Source: Bacteroidia bacterium (lineage in GTDB: Bacteria > Bacteroidota > Bacteroidia > NS11-12g > UBA9320). Taken from it: a DNA stretch of 64,000 bases. Position numbers and translations under genes: made by a program. The notes under the pieces are model-generated. The model was not told the origin of the DNA and did no database searches. It saw only the letters and a program-made list of their open reading frames with translations. This document shows, in pieces, positions 9,607 to 20,091 of this stretch (positions are counted from its first letter, which is position 1; each line of letters begins with the position of its first letter). The DNA lies in NCBI GenBank assembly GCA_965216465.1, contig CBDCFW010000003.1, positions 64,001 through 128,000 of the forward strand, read 5' to 3'.

Positions 9607-12600
9607 TTGCTGAGACTAGGCTACATATGCTTTATGTTATTTACAGTGCAGAGCTTTGCGCAAGTTTCGACGCTTAAGCAAGTTAAGCTGTTACCCGCTC
9701 AAGGTGATACATTATGGCTCGATTCATCAGGGATAATTTCCGAATCCGTTCACATCCAAAACTTCCAAAACGAGAAAGACTTTAAAATCTATTCGAACAG
9801 GCTGGTTTGGATTGCTCCTTCACCAAGTGATAGTGTTTTAGTGCATTATCGAGTTGTAGAATTTAAAACGTCATACCTGCATAAAGATGTATCGATAATC
9901 GAGCAGGTGTTCAAGGAAAATCCGTTTAGCTATAGACCCAATAAAACAAATACTTCCACTTCTTATGGAAGCTTGAGGACGCAAGGAAATGTTTCCAGAG
10001 GCATCGGATTTGGAAACGCTCAAGACGTTGTGGTGAACTCTAATCTAAATCTTCGTCTTTCAGGAAACTTGGCAAACGATGTAAAAATTTCGGCGGTTAT
10101 CAGCGACGAAAATAACCCTATACAACCTGAAGGAAATACGCAGCAAATTCAAGATTTTGATCAAGTGTATATTACTATGGAAAAAGGAAATGGTAAACTT
10201 ACAATTGGTGATTTCTTGATGGAAAATGATGAAAACTCCTATTTCTTGAATTTCTATAAAAAGTCTCGTGGTGTTCAACTTAAAGACGAGGTAGAATTAG
10301 GTAAATGGAAGGCAAAACTTGGCGGAGAAGCTGCAATTTCAAGGGGAAGATTCAACAGAAACCGAATAGAAGGAATAGAAGGGAACAGCGGTCCTTATCG
10401 ACTGGCTGGTTCGAATGGTGAGCTCTTTATAGTTGTAATCGCTGGAACGGAAAGTATTTATCTCGATGGAAAGCTTTTAACTCGAGGCGAAGACAATGAT
10501 TATGTTATCAATTATAATACCGGTGAAATTACATTCACCCCTAAGGTTTTGATTACCCGTTACTCAAGAATTGTGGCTGAGTTTCAGTATTCAGATCGAA
10601 ATTATGCCCGTTCGGTAGCAAATGCCAGTACAACGGTTACCAACGGTGAAATATCGGTATATGCCAACTTTTTTAACGAGATGGATTTACGTTCGCAACC
10701 CTTTCAACAAAGTTTAGAAGGCTTTGATTCGATTCAAGGGAAGAGTGCAATTGATATTTTAAGCTCTGCAGGCGATGCTCAAGCAGTTTTTAACAATGTG
10801 AAGCTTCAACAGCAATTTAATCCAGACCGCATCATGTATAAAAAGGTGATGGTTGGTCCTGATGAGATTTATCAATATACAGACGACCCCTCAGAAAATG
10901 TAACCTTTTACGAAGTATTCTTTTCTAATATTGGTCTAGGAAATGGAAGCTACCGCCAGGCTCAAACCGGTGCAAACGGTAAGGTGTTTGAGTATGTTGG
11001 ACCAGGAATGGGAGAGTATGAGCCCATAGAATTGCTGGTTGCGCCCATCAAGTTGAATACCTTTAATGTTGGAATCGTTAAAAAGACTGAATCTAAAAGT
11101 TGGGGATTAGAATATGTTGTGAGCAGCTTGGATAAAAATACGCTTTCCGAGCTAAATGATAATGACAATTCAGGATTTGGATTAAAGATGTTTCGAACGA
11201 GTAGTAAGATCTTGGGAGACTCATCTCCTTGGAAATTCAAAAGCAACCTGGCATATGAATTGGTGAGTGATCAATACCAATACATCGAACGTTATAGAAC
11301 GGTAGAGTTTGATCGCCAGTGGAATAAGTTGTTGAACAATCCTTCGGCACTAGCTCAGCTTCTTCCAGCGTTTGAGCACATTGGCAACTTAGATTTACGA
11401 TTAGAACATGGTTCCAAAAACTTCATCGAAAACAAGCTAGCTTTCTATAATCGTGATGGAAGTTTCAATGGCTTATCGAACCAAAGTTCAGGGGGATTAA
11501 GCTTTAAGGAATTTGTTCTTAATTCTCAATTCGAGGTGCTTAACTCAGATTTAAACTTTGATTCTATTGGTACCCAAAACGACTACCATCGGTTTTTTGC
11601 AAGCTTAGAAAGACCTATTCAGCAATCTGTAGTAGGAGCAAGCTTCCAGCAAGAACAAAGCAGTTTTACACAACAAGATTCATTGTTGGGCAACAGTTAT
11701 GGTTTCGATGCACTTTCAATTTATGTTAAGAGTTCAGACCAAAAAAAGCTAAGCTATCAATTGGCTCTAGGTCAACGAAATGATAGAATTCCAGGGGCGA
11801 ATGAGTTTAGACCCAATACCTTGGGAAGAGATGCCAATTTGAGTCTTGCCTATGCTTCTAAGAAAATTGACAAAATAGCATTGAGTTCAACGTATAGAAA
11901 GCTAGAAATTGATACAGCTCAAGACGAATCGCTGGATGAAAACACAATTCAAAGTAGATTAGAGGTTGAATTTACAGCCTGGAAGCGTTTTATAAAATCG
12001 AATACGTTTTATCAGATCGGAACAGGCCAGGAACAACGCAGAGAGTTTCAATACCTTCAAGTACAAGCCGGAAATGGTATCTACATTTGGAATGATTACG
12101 ATTCAAACGGTATCAAGACATTAAATGAGTTTGAAATTGCCTCAGACCTCGATAGACAGCGTGCTGATTATATTAAAATATTTACTCCTGTTTCAGGATT
12201 TATTACGACTCGATCGAACAAACTTAGCCAAACACTTGAGTTGAATCCAGCCGTTTTTTATCAGCGCGGAAAATCAAAGAAGAAGCCACTTTTGGCTCGA
12301 TTTAATAGCATTTCTTCGGTTATTGTTGATCGCAAGGTGCTTCCAACAGATGGATTTGGATTTGCCAATCCTTTTGAACAATCGCTGATTGATACTGCCT
12401 TGATCAATGCAACAACCAATTTAAGAACTACGCTTTTTTACAATCGTGGAAATTCGAAGTACAGCATGGATTATACCTACGTAAATAATTCGTCTAAGGT
12501 TTTGTTAACCAACGGGTTTGATACACGAGAAACCAAAGATCAGATTGTGAATGGGCGGGTGAACTTAGGCCGAGTGGTTAGTTTGTCGGGGAGATTTATT

Positions 12601-13056
12601 TTGGGAGATCGATTGTATTTAAGTCAATTTTTTTCGGCGAGAAGCTTTAATTATCAGTACGTTGATTTAGAACCTAAGGTTCAGTTTGTTTTTAAGAACA
12701 TCTATCGCTTAGAAATGCGAACAAAATATTTTTCGGCCCAAAATGTCGAACTCTATGGAGGAGAGCGATGTGAAAACGTAGAATTGGGAACGGAGTTTAA
12801 ATACACCAAGCCTTTAAAAGGAACATTAAACGTGGGAGCGTCTTATGTGAATGTAAATTTTGATGGAGAGCCAAGCTCAACGTTAGGTTATGAGCTTCTA
12901 CGTGGTTTACAGAATGGAAATAATGCCACATGGACTTTTGGTTATCGACGAACCTTGGCAAATAACATTCAAGTGATTGTCAGTTACGATGGAAGAAAGT
13001 CGGAAGATGCCCCAGTAATTCACATCGGCAGGGTGTTGGCCCGCTACTTATTTTAA
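9607..13056 (+). CDS. Large conserved hypothetical outer-membrane beta-barrel protein
   Basis: Signal peptide (SFAQ), extensive alternating amphipathic strands and a C-terminal aromatic beta-signal (VLARYLF). TTG start. Confidence 0.7.
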   Translation: MLRLGYICFMLFTVQSFAQVSTLKQVKLLPAQGDTLWLDSSGIISESVHIQNFQNEKDFKIYSNRLVWIAPSPSDSVLVHYRVVEFKTSYLHKDVSIIEQVFKENPFSYRPNKTNTSTSYGSLRTQGNVSRGIGFGNAQDVVVNSNLNLRLSGNLANDVKISAVISDENNPIQPEGNTQQIQDFDQVYITMEKGNGKLTIGDFLMENDENSYFLNFYKKSRGVQLKDEVELGKWKAKLGGEAAISRGRFNRNRIEGIEGNSGPYRLAGSNGELFIVVIAGTESIYLDGKLLTRGEDNDYVINYNTGEITFTPKVLITRYSRIVAEFQYSDRNYARSVANASTTVTNGEISVYANFFNEMDLRSQPFQQSLEGFDSIQGKSAIDILSSAGDAQAVFNNVKLQQQFNPDRIMYKKVMVGPDEIYQYTDDPSENVTFYEVFFSNIGLGNGSYRQAQTGANGKVFEYVGPGMGEYEPIELLVAPIKLNTFNVGIVKKTESKSWGLEYVVSSLDKNTLSELNDNDNSGFGLKMFRTSSKILGDSSPWKFKSNLAYELVSDQYQYIERYRTVEFDRQWNKLLNNPSALAQLLPAFEHIGNLDLRLEHGSKNFIENKLAFYNRDGSFNGLSNQSSGGLSFKEFVLNSQFEVLNSDLNFDSIGTQNDYHRFFASLERPIQQSVVGASFQQEQSSFTQQDSLLGNSYGFDALSIYVKSSDQKKLSYQLALGQRNDRIPGANEFRPNTLGRDANLSLAYASKKIDKIALSSTYRKLEIDTAQDESLDENTIQSRLEVEFTAWKRFIKSNTFYQIGTGQEQRREFQYLQVQAGNGIYIWNDYDSNGIKTLNEFEIASDLDRQRADYIKIFTPVSGFITTRSNKLSQTLELNPAVFYQRGKSKKKPLLARFNSISSVIVDRKVLPTDGFGFANPFEQSLIDTALINATTNLRTTLFYNRGNSKYSMDYTYVNNSSKVLLTNGFDTRETKDQIVNGRVNLGRVVSLSGRFILGDRLYLSQFFSARSFNYQYVDLEPKVQFVFKNIYRLEMRTKYFSAQNVELYGGERCENVELGTEFKYTKPLKGTLNVGASYVNVNFDGEPSSTLGYELLRGLQNGNNATWTFGYRRTLANNIQVIVSYDGRKSEDAPVIHIGRVLARYLF

Positions 13057-13884
13057 GTCAGGCTGGTTTGGTCTTTTTGAAGTTTAACAAGTTTTTGCTT
13101 GTACAAATTACCCAAGGCTTTTTTAAATGCTTTTTTACTTAATCCGAGTTGATCTTTAATTGACTCTGGACTGCTTTTGTCGGTTAAGTTGATAGAGCCT
13201 CCATTGTTCTTAATATATTCTAGCACCAATTGAGAGGTGTGGTCAATCACGTTGCGATATCCCATGGGTTCTAATAAGAGGTCAATACGACCATCTTCTC
13301 GCACTTTTTTAACATACCCCTTTGTTTTTTGGCCAATTTCAATCTGTTTATGCATGTCTGAATTGAACACCAATCCTTGAAACATACCATTAACAATCGC
13401 GTTCATTCCGAGTTCTCCTCGCTTATAGAATAGTAGGTCAACTTCATCACCTTCATTAACATCAATGTCTTCGAAGAATAAAAAGTCATGAATTCGAGCA
13501 GAACCAATTAATCGGTCAGTTTTTTCGTCGAGGTGTAGATAAACCACATAGGATTTACCTTCCTCCATTTTGGCCATTTGCTCACTGTATGGAATCATCA
13601 ATTGTTTTACTAGGCCCCAATCAGCAAACGCTCCTGCGTTGTTTACTTGTTTTACTTCAAGAAGGGGCAAATTCTTCAAGCTCAAGTTTAGGCTTTAATG
13701 TAGTTGCAATAAGGCGTTCTTCATTGTCTTTATATATAAAAACATCTATCTCATGACCAATTTCGAGTGTTGATGGGACATATGCGTTGGGCAACAAAAC
13801 TTCTTTACCATTCGGATCTTCTAAAAAGAATCCAAAACTGGTGGTTCTAGCCGCTTTTAGTCGGTTGGTCTTTCCTAATTCCAT
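13053..13884 (-). pseudogene. cvfB: CvfB/YitL-family S1 RNA-binding protein split by a +1 frameshift
   Basis: The 5' ORF (MELGKTNRL...EVLLP...DNEERLIATT.KPK..LEEFA) and the 3' ORF (LEVKQVNNAGAFADWGL...LTDKSSPESIK..LGLSKKAFKKALGNLYKQ) join seamlessly if one G of GGGG 13664-13667 is removed. Confidence 0.8.
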
Positions 13885-13917
13885 TGTGGGCTGCGAAGAT
13901 ATTCAATTAAGTGTAGC

Positions 13918-14163
13918 TTATTTCAATATTCCAATGCAAGGCATTCGTTTAAAAACTTCTTCTGTATGCGGAGCGTCTGGAAGTTCCTCTGTTAGGTCTT
14001 GACCTGCCCAATGCTCATAATGCTTGCCATCTCGCCAAAGTCTGCTGCCTGACACATCATATACCATGCCTTTGTATGCAATCCAAACTTCTTCTTTGTC
14101 TTGACCATTGTGTAGGCTCAATTGGCGCCGTGAAATTATTCGAGAGTTATGGTCTTTGGTCAT
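13918..14163 (-). CDS. Cytochrome b5-like heme/steroid-binding domain protein
   Basis: LSLHNGQD..VWIAYKGMVYDVS...HYEHWAGQDLTEEL.DAPH. Confidence 0.85.
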   Translation of the reverse strand: MTKDHNSRIISRRQLSLHNGQDKEEVWIAYKGMVYDVSGSRLWRDGKHYEHWAGQDLTEELPDAPHTEEVFKRMPCIGILK

Positions 14164-14195
14164 TGCTGATGTATTTTAGCCGTCAATTTTAATCA

Positions 14196-15338
14196 ATGCG
14201 CATAAAAGTTCTCATAGTTTTAGTCATTATTTACATCCTATCTGCTTTTATGTGGCTGACTTTTTCGTTGTTGAATTATTCAAATACGGATTATCAGCTA
14301 AAGAATGATGTATTAAAAGCCGGACTAAATGCTTGCACATTGCAGGTAATGCAACGAGCAAAGAATAACCAGTTAGGCAGCGACTCGGTCTATGCATATT
14401 ATTTGAAACAGTTGAAATTGGATCTTAATGAAACTGAAGTTCAGCGGTTTGTAATGCTGCGATTTGACAATAATTATCAAGTTGATTTCAAAGAAATCGC
14501 TCCGCAGAAAAAGGTGCTTCAACTCAGCATTAATCCAGATAAGTTGAGTTTGCTTGAGAACGAACGCACTCAGCAACGTAACATTTGGTTGTTTCAATCG
14601 ATGTTGTTGCTGGTTTTAGTTGCCGTTGGGGTTTATGGGGTTTATTATTCAATTGATTCGATATATCAACTGAATAAGCGACAAAACAACTTTTTACTTT
14701 CTGTAACGCATGAATTTAAAACTCCTATTGCTGCCATTCGATTGATGTTGCAAACAGCAAAGAATCCTAAAGTGAGCCCAGAAAAGAAGGAAGAGCTTAT
14801 AGACAAGAGTGTGATGAATACCTACCGACTCGAAGAGCTTGCTGAGAATATGCTTACTGCAATGCAAATTGAGAATAAGAACTATTCATACTCCATTTCG
14901 GATGTTAATCTTTCAGAAATGATGACACAAATCATCAACAATCAAAAGATTAAAGGAGAAATAAATGCAGATATAGAAGAGAACCTTCAAATGACCGGTG
15001 ATGGATTTATTCTGCGCATGGTAATCAACAATTTGGTCGAAAATGCGTTTAAGTATTCAGATAATGCTCCAATTGATGTCATGTTAAAGAGCAACGGAGA
15101 TCAACGTATTATTGAAGTCAGGGATCGAGGAATTGGCATTAAGAAAGAAGATTTAAAGAATATTTTTAAAAAATTCTATCGCGTTCAAGATGAAGAAACC
15201 CGAACAACGAAAGGTACAGGTTTAGGTTTGTTTATTGTTAAGCAAGCTATTAAAAGACACGGGGGTAAAGTCGCTGTAAAAGCCAATAAACCAAGAGGTT
15301 CGGTGTTTACAATTTCCATGCCCTCGAACTTTTTATGA
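14196..15338 (+). CDS. Membrane sensor histidine kinase (HisKA + HATPase_c)
   Basis: Two TM helices. H-box NFLLSVTHEFKTP, N-box NLVENAFKYS, G1 DRGIGI, F-box IFKKFYR, G2 GTGLGL. Confidence 0.95.
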   Translation: MRIKVLIVLVIIYILSAFMWLTFSLLNYSNTDYQLKNDVLKAGLNACTLQVMQRAKNNQLGSDSVYAYYLKQLKLDLNETEVQRFVMLRFDNNYQVDFKEIAPQKKVLQLSINPDKLSLLENERTQQRNIWLFQSMLLLVLVAVGVYGVYYSIDSIYQLNKRQNNFLLSVTHEFKTPIAAIRLMLQTAKNPKVSPEKKEELIDKSVMNTYRLEELAENMLTAMQIENKNYSYSISDVNLSEMMTQIINNQKIKGEINADIEENLQMTGDGFILRMVINNLVENAFKYSDNAPIDVMLKSNGDQRIIEVRDRGIGIKKEDLKNIFKKFYRVQDEETRTTKGTGLGLFIVKQAIKRHGGKVAVKANKPRGSVFTISMPSNFL

Positions 15339-15410
15339 TACTTTGCTGACGTTCAAGTAATAAAAAAATGACAATTTTGTAAGACACTATAATTCAACGA
15401 TAAACAAACA

Positions 15411-16103
15411 ATGAAGAAAAGAATCCTCCTCGTAGAAGACGAAAAACATTTGGCAGAAACTATTAAGTTGAATTTGGAGATTGAGGAATACCATCCTATA
15501 GTGGTTCACGACGGAGCATCAGCGATAAATACTTTTAAAGAACAACGTTTCGATTTGGTTATTTTGGATATTATGATTCCAAACATTGATGGAATTGCCG
15601 TTTGCGAAAACATTCGACTACACGATTCAGATGTACCAGTACTGTTTTTATCAGCAAAAAGTTCAGCAGAAGATCGAATTTTAGGTTTGAAAAAAGGTGG
15701 CGACGACTACCTCACCAAACCTTTCAATTTAGAAGAGTTGTTGTTGAGGGTTAAAAAGCTAATTTCAAGAAACGATGATTCGAACAGTGGTGAAAGTATC
15801 AGTGATTATGCGTTTGGTACTAACTCTGTAAACTTTGATAGCTATGAGGCTGTTGGAAGAAACGGAAAGTTTGCCCTAACTAAGAAAGAAGCTTTGTTGC
15901 TTAAGTTGCTGATAGAGAACAAAGAAGAAGTTGTAAGTCGTGAAAAGATTTTACAAACCGTTTGGGGTTATTCGGTTTATCCTTCAACCAGAACTATCGA
16001 TAATTTTATCTTAGCTTTCAGAAAATATTTTGAGGAAGATCCTAAAAATCCAAAGTTTTTTGTATCGCTTCGTGGGGTTGGATACAAGTTCACCAATAGT
16101 TAA
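15411..16103 (+). CDS. OmpR/PhoB-family response regulator
   Basis: ILLVEDE, DLVILDIMIP, GGDDYLTKPF, and winged helix SREKILQTVWG...TRTIDNFI..RK...RGVGYKF. Confidence 0.95.
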   Translation: MKKRILLVEDEKHLAETIKLNLEIEEYHPIVVHDGASAINTFKEQRFDLVILDIMIPNIDGIAVCENIRLHDSDVPVLFLSAKSSAEDRILGLKKGGDDYLTKPFNLEELLLRVKKLISRNDDSNSGESISDYAFGTNSVNFDSYEAVGRNGKFALTKKEALLLKLLIENKEEVVSREKILQTVWGYSVYPSTRTIDNFILAFRKYFEEDPKNPKFFVSLRGVGYKFTNS

Positions 16104-16159
16104 TTTTTCTTGTTTATAACTTGCCCGAATTTAGCATTATGGCAAGTTGTTGAATATAA

Positions 16160-16167
16160 TATCTTTG
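16160..16167 (+). promoter_or_regulatory. -7 element TATCTTTG of guaA
   Basis: Exact consensus followed by CA, 13 nt before ATG 16181. Confidence 0.65.
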
Positions 16168-16180
16168 CACGTTCATTTTT

Positions 16181-17710
16181 ATGCACGAGCAAATACTTAT
16201 AATCGATTATGGTTCTCAATACACCCAGCTAATTGCAAGGCGTGTTAGAGAGCTCAATGTTTACTGTGAAATTCATCCTTATAATCATCTTCCTGAAATT
16301 TCTGACAATGTGAAAGGAGTTATCCTATCTGGCTCTCCATTTTCATGTGTTGACCCAGAAGCACCAGAAGCAGATTTGGATGTGATGAACCTTGATGTGC
16401 CTGTGCTCGGACTATGTTACGGAGCGCAATATCTTGCAAAGCTAAACGGCGGACGTGTAGAGCGTTCTGCACACAGAGAATATGGTCGAGCTAAGGTGAT
16501 TGTTGAGCATCACGAAAATCCGTTAATGTTTGATATCCATGATGGCAGTCAAGTATGGATGAGTCATGGCGATACGATTTTAGAAATGCCTGCTGAAACT
16601 ACCATTTTGGCAAGAACAGAATCAATTCCTGTAGCTGCATTTCAGTTTAACGGCAAAGAAGTATATGCTTTACAATTCCATCCTGAAGTAAGTCACAGTA
16701 AGGAAGGAATGAAGATTCTTGGAAACTTTGCTTTAAGAATTTGCGGTTGTAAAGGTGACTGGACTCCTGCACACTTTATCACAGAAAGTGTTGAGTATTA
16801 TAAAGAAACCATTAAAGACGACAAGGTTATTATGGGTCTTTCTGGTGGAGTTGATAGCTCTGTAGCAGCATACATCCTGAATAAAGCAATTGGTCAAAAC
16901 CTTGTTGGAATATTCGTAAACAACGGTTTGCTTCGTAAAAATGAGTATGAAGAGGTATTAGAAGCTTATAAAGGTCTAGGACTCAACGTCAAAGGTGTAG
17001 ATGCATCTGATTTATTCCTTGACCGATTAAAAGGTGTTGTTGAACCGGAAGAGAAAAGAAAAATTATAGGGAACACGTTTATTGAAGTGTTCGATAAAGA
17101 AGCTGCAAAGATTAGCGATGCAAAGTGGCTTGGACAAGGAACCATTTACCCTGACGTAATCGAATCGGTATCGGTTAAAGGTCCAAGTGCAACAATTAAA
17201 TCGCATCACAATGTAGGTGGATTACCGGACGACATGGAGCTACAGCTTGCAGAACCCTTACGCTTATTGTTTAAAGACGAAGTGAGAAGAATAGGTGCAG
17301 AAATAGGAGTTCCAAGATTGATTTTAGATCGTCATCCGTTCCCAGGTCCAGGATTGGCCATTCGTATAATTGGAGATATTACTCGAGAGAATGTTCGTGT
17401 TCTTCAAGAGGCAGATGCAATTTTCATCGATGAGATGAAAGAGCAAAATTTCTACAACGTAATTTGGCAAGCAGGAGCAATATTCCTACCCGTTCAATCA
17501 GTAGGAGTAATGGGAGATGAAAGAACCTATGAAAACGTAATAGCCCTTAGAGCTGTAACCTCTTTAGACGGTATGACCGCAGATTGGGCAGACTTGCCTC
17601 ACTCATTCTTAGCAACAGTTTCAAATAAAATAATTAACCAAGTAAAAGGAATTAATAGAGTAGTCTATGATATCAGCTCAAAACCGCCTGCCACAATTGA
17701 ATGGGAATAA
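16181..17710 (+). CDS. guaA: GMP synthase (glutamine-hydrolysing)
   Basis: [74 protein letters not shown]. Confidence 0.99.
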   Translation: MHEQILIIDYGSQYTQLIARRVRELNVYCEIHPYNHLPEISDNVKGVILSGSPFSCVDPEAPEADLDVMNLDVPVLGLCYGAQYLAKLNGGRVERSAHREYGRAKVIVEHHENPLMFDIHDGSQVWMSHGDTILEMPAETTILARTESIPVAAFQFNGKEVYALQFHPEVSHSKEGMKILGNFALRICGCKGDWTPAHFITESVEYYKETIKDDKVIMGLSGGVDSSVAAYILNKAIGQNLVGIFVNNGLLRKNEYEEVLEAYKGLGLNVKGVDASDLFLDRLKGVVEPEEKRKIIGNTFIEVFDKEAAKISDAKWLGQGTIYPDVIESVSVKGPSATIKSHHNVGGLPDDMELQLAEPLRLLFKDEVRRIGAEIGVPRLILDRHPFPGPGLAIRIIGDITRENVRVLQEADAIFIDEMKEQNFYNVIWQAGAIFLPVQSVGVMGDERTYENVIALRAVTSLDGMTADWADLPHSFLATVSNKIINQVKGINRVVYDISSKPPATIEWE

Positions 17711-18962
17711 AATACTAGCTCTGTTAGTAGTTCCAATTGTTCTTGTATCCTGTGGTGCGTTCAAGCGTACTGTGGATGTTGATCCTCTTCCTGAAGAGGA
17801 TGTGGTTGTCGTTGAGCCTACTCAAAAAGAATCAGAGGTTGAGAAGCCAAAAGTCTTACCTAAAAAAGAAGATAAAACTGTTTATAGGCGAGTAGACTTT
17901 AGGGGAGAAGTCTTTAGAGTTCCTGTTCATAAACAAGATTTCAAAATAGCAGTTCTTCTGCCATTTCATATTACCGGAAGCAATACTGTTCAAGACAGAA
18001 GAAGAGCCGGTTACATGCTTGAATATTATCAAGGGATGCAATTGGCTATTGAATCTGTTAAAGAACTTAATTCGTCTTTTGATATTCAGTTTTACGATAC
18101 AGATAACGACTCCATAAGACTTAAACGTTTATTGCAACGTCCTGGCCTTAAAGATGTTGATTTAATAATCGGACCGACGGATGAATCGCAGGTGCGCATA
18201 GCATCGCACTTTGCTCGTAAACATCAGATTCCGTTGTTTACTCCGATTACCACGGTAAACAAATTTTGGAGTAATAATCCTTACGTTTTTAACCTCCGCC
18301 CTTCAGAATTGATGCAAGCAAAATCGTTTATCAAATTCTATAAAACGTTGCACGCCGACAAGAAGTTGATTTTGGTACGTGATGGTAAGAGATGGGACAA
18401 GCGTTTTGGTGCTGAATTGGTGCAAGAACTTCAAAATCAGGGTGTTCCATTTGAAAAAGTGGCAATTAGTGCAGCAACCAATTGGGATGCTTTGTTAGGA
18501 GAACATAACTTAGTTTTAACGTTAACGGAAGAGAAAACAAACTCCATAGCACTTGTAAATCAACTCTTAACTTTTGAAGAGCGAGTTACTTTGGTTAGCT
18601 CCGATAAATGGCTTGATTTTTCGAGTGTTGATTTTAAATATTGGGAACGATTAAAGCTTCACTTCATATCTGAGAATGTAGCTCAGGTTCCAAATAGCCA
18701 ATCCATAAACGTCGTTGAGGCCTATCGTGAAGTGTATCGTGATGATCCAAGTTGGTTTACATATCGCGGTTATGATCAATTGATGTTTGCATGCGAAGCA
18801 TTGGATGCGTTTGGAGAGCTGTTTCCAGTATTTTTAGAAAACAAATCCGTTGCTTATAGCAATTCGATATTCTGTTTAACGAAAGCGAGCAATTGCTTTC
18901 ATAATCAGTATCTTCAAGTATTTAAATACGAAGAGAAGGAAGTTCAACCCGTAGCTTACTAA
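17667..18962 (+). CDS. Lipoprotein with a type 1 periplasmic-binding-protein fold (LppC/LpoA-like)
   Basis: Lipobox [31 protein letters not shown]. Start overlaps the 3' end of guaA. Confidence 0.72.
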   Translation: MISAQNRLPQLNGNKILALLVVPIVLVSCGAFKRTVDVDPLPEEDVVVVEPTQKESEVEKPKVLPKKEDKTVYRRVDFRGEVFRVPVHKQDFKIAVLLPFHITGSNTVQDRRRAGYMLEYYQGMQLAIESVKELNSSFDIQFYDTDNDSIRLKRLLQRPGLKDVDLIIGPTDESQVRIASHFARKHQIPLFTPITTVNKFWSNNPYVFNLRPSELMQAKSFIKFYKTLHADKKLILVRDGKRWDKRFGAELVQELQNQGVPFEKVAISAATNWDALLGEHNLVLTLTEEKTNSIALVNQLLTFEERVTLVSSDKWLDFSSVDFKYWERLKLHFISENVAQVPNSQSINVVEAYREVYRDDPSWFTYRGYDQLMFACEALDAFGELFPVFLENKSVAYSNSIFCLTKASNCFHNQYLQVFKYEEKEVQPVAY

Positions 18963-18963
18963 G

Positions 18964-20091
18964 GTGAAATACTTTCGGTCAAGGTACTTTACTTCGCTTG
19001 AGATTCTCAAGAGCTATAATTACCCTCAACCATTTCACCTACATCTAAAAACGTTTTTTAGAGGGAAGAAGAAATTTGGATCAAAAGACAGAAAAGCAAT
19101 CCAAGAAGTTTGCTATACCTATTGGCGAACAGCTATGTGGTTCAAGAAAACTGACTTGGAAAAACAGGTGCTGTTGGCGGCTGTTTTTTTAGATTGGGAA
19201 GATGTTAAATCGTGGAATGAACTGGCAAATTCAATGGCGTTGAGTGTTGTGCTTAAGCCCAGCTTATCAGTTCAAGAGAAGCTTGCACTTATTGGAGACT
19301 ATACTATCCATCGTTTAGAAAGATACCCAGCTTATAACGTTGCTTCTGCATTTGAAACTTTGAATGACGTTCATCAATGGTCTTTTAGGCCTAAGACTTG
19401 GATAAAAGATCATCGTAAGAACGATCCAGGCTATTTAGAAATTAACGGCTGCAGAAACCTTGAAGATGCTCAAGCGTTGGAAGCTTGGGAACAGGTGCAA
19501 GACCTTTCGTCACAATTCACCTGTCAAAAGCTTAAAATAGATGCTAATTTCAAAGTGTGGGATGTTTGCAGTGGTGCAGGAGGGAAGAGCTTGGCACTTC
19601 TTTCTAATCATGCAGGAGATTTTTATCTCAGCGATGTACGAGAATCCATATTGCAAAATGCCAGTTTACGCTTGAACAAGTTTAGATACAGTGCCCAATA
19701 TGGTGTTGTAGATTTAGAACAGGAGCAAAATCAAATCAAATTTGATTCAGAAACGGTCAACCCCTCTTACTTTGATGCAATTGTTGCTGACGTTCCTTGC
19801 AGCGGAAGTGGTACATGGTTTAGAAATCCAGAACATTTTTCACAGTTCGACTATAATGAGTTAGGTAATTACAGCTTAAGGCAAAAAACCATCGTAACCA
19901 ACTCATTTAAGTTCTTAAAATCAGGCGGCGTGTTTTACTACATCACATGTTCAATCTTCAATGAAGAAAACGCTCAAGTTAAAGATTGGATACTAGAAAA
20001 CTTAGATTGCACATTAAATGATGAGCTTTACTTTAATGGGTTAAAGCACGGTTCTGATTCAATGTATATGGCTGCATTTACAAAGACTTGA
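18964..20091 (+). CDS. RsmB/NOP (Fmu/Sun)-family RNA m5C methyltransferase
   Basis: VQDLSSQ, VWDVCSGAGGKS, DVPCSGSGTW.RNPE, YITCSIF.EEN. Confidence 0.88.
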   Translation: MKYFRSRYFTSLEILKSYNYPQPFHLHLKTFFRGKKKFGSKDRKAIQEVCYTYWRTAMWFKKTDLEKQVLLAAVFLDWEDVKSWNELANSMALSVVLKPSLSVQEKLALIGDYTIHRLERYPAYNVASAFETLNDVHQWSFRPKTWIKDHRKNDPGYLEINGCRNLEDAQALEAWEQVQDLSSQFTCQKLKIDANFKVWDVCSGAGGKSLALLSNHAGDFYLSDVRESILQNASLRLNKFRYSAQYGVVDLEQEQNQIKFDSETVNPSYFDAIVADVPCSGSGTWFRNPEHFSQFDYNELGNYSLRQKTIVTNSFKFLKSGGVFYYITCSIFNEENAQVKDWILENLDCTLNDELYFNGLKHGSDSMYMAAFTKT

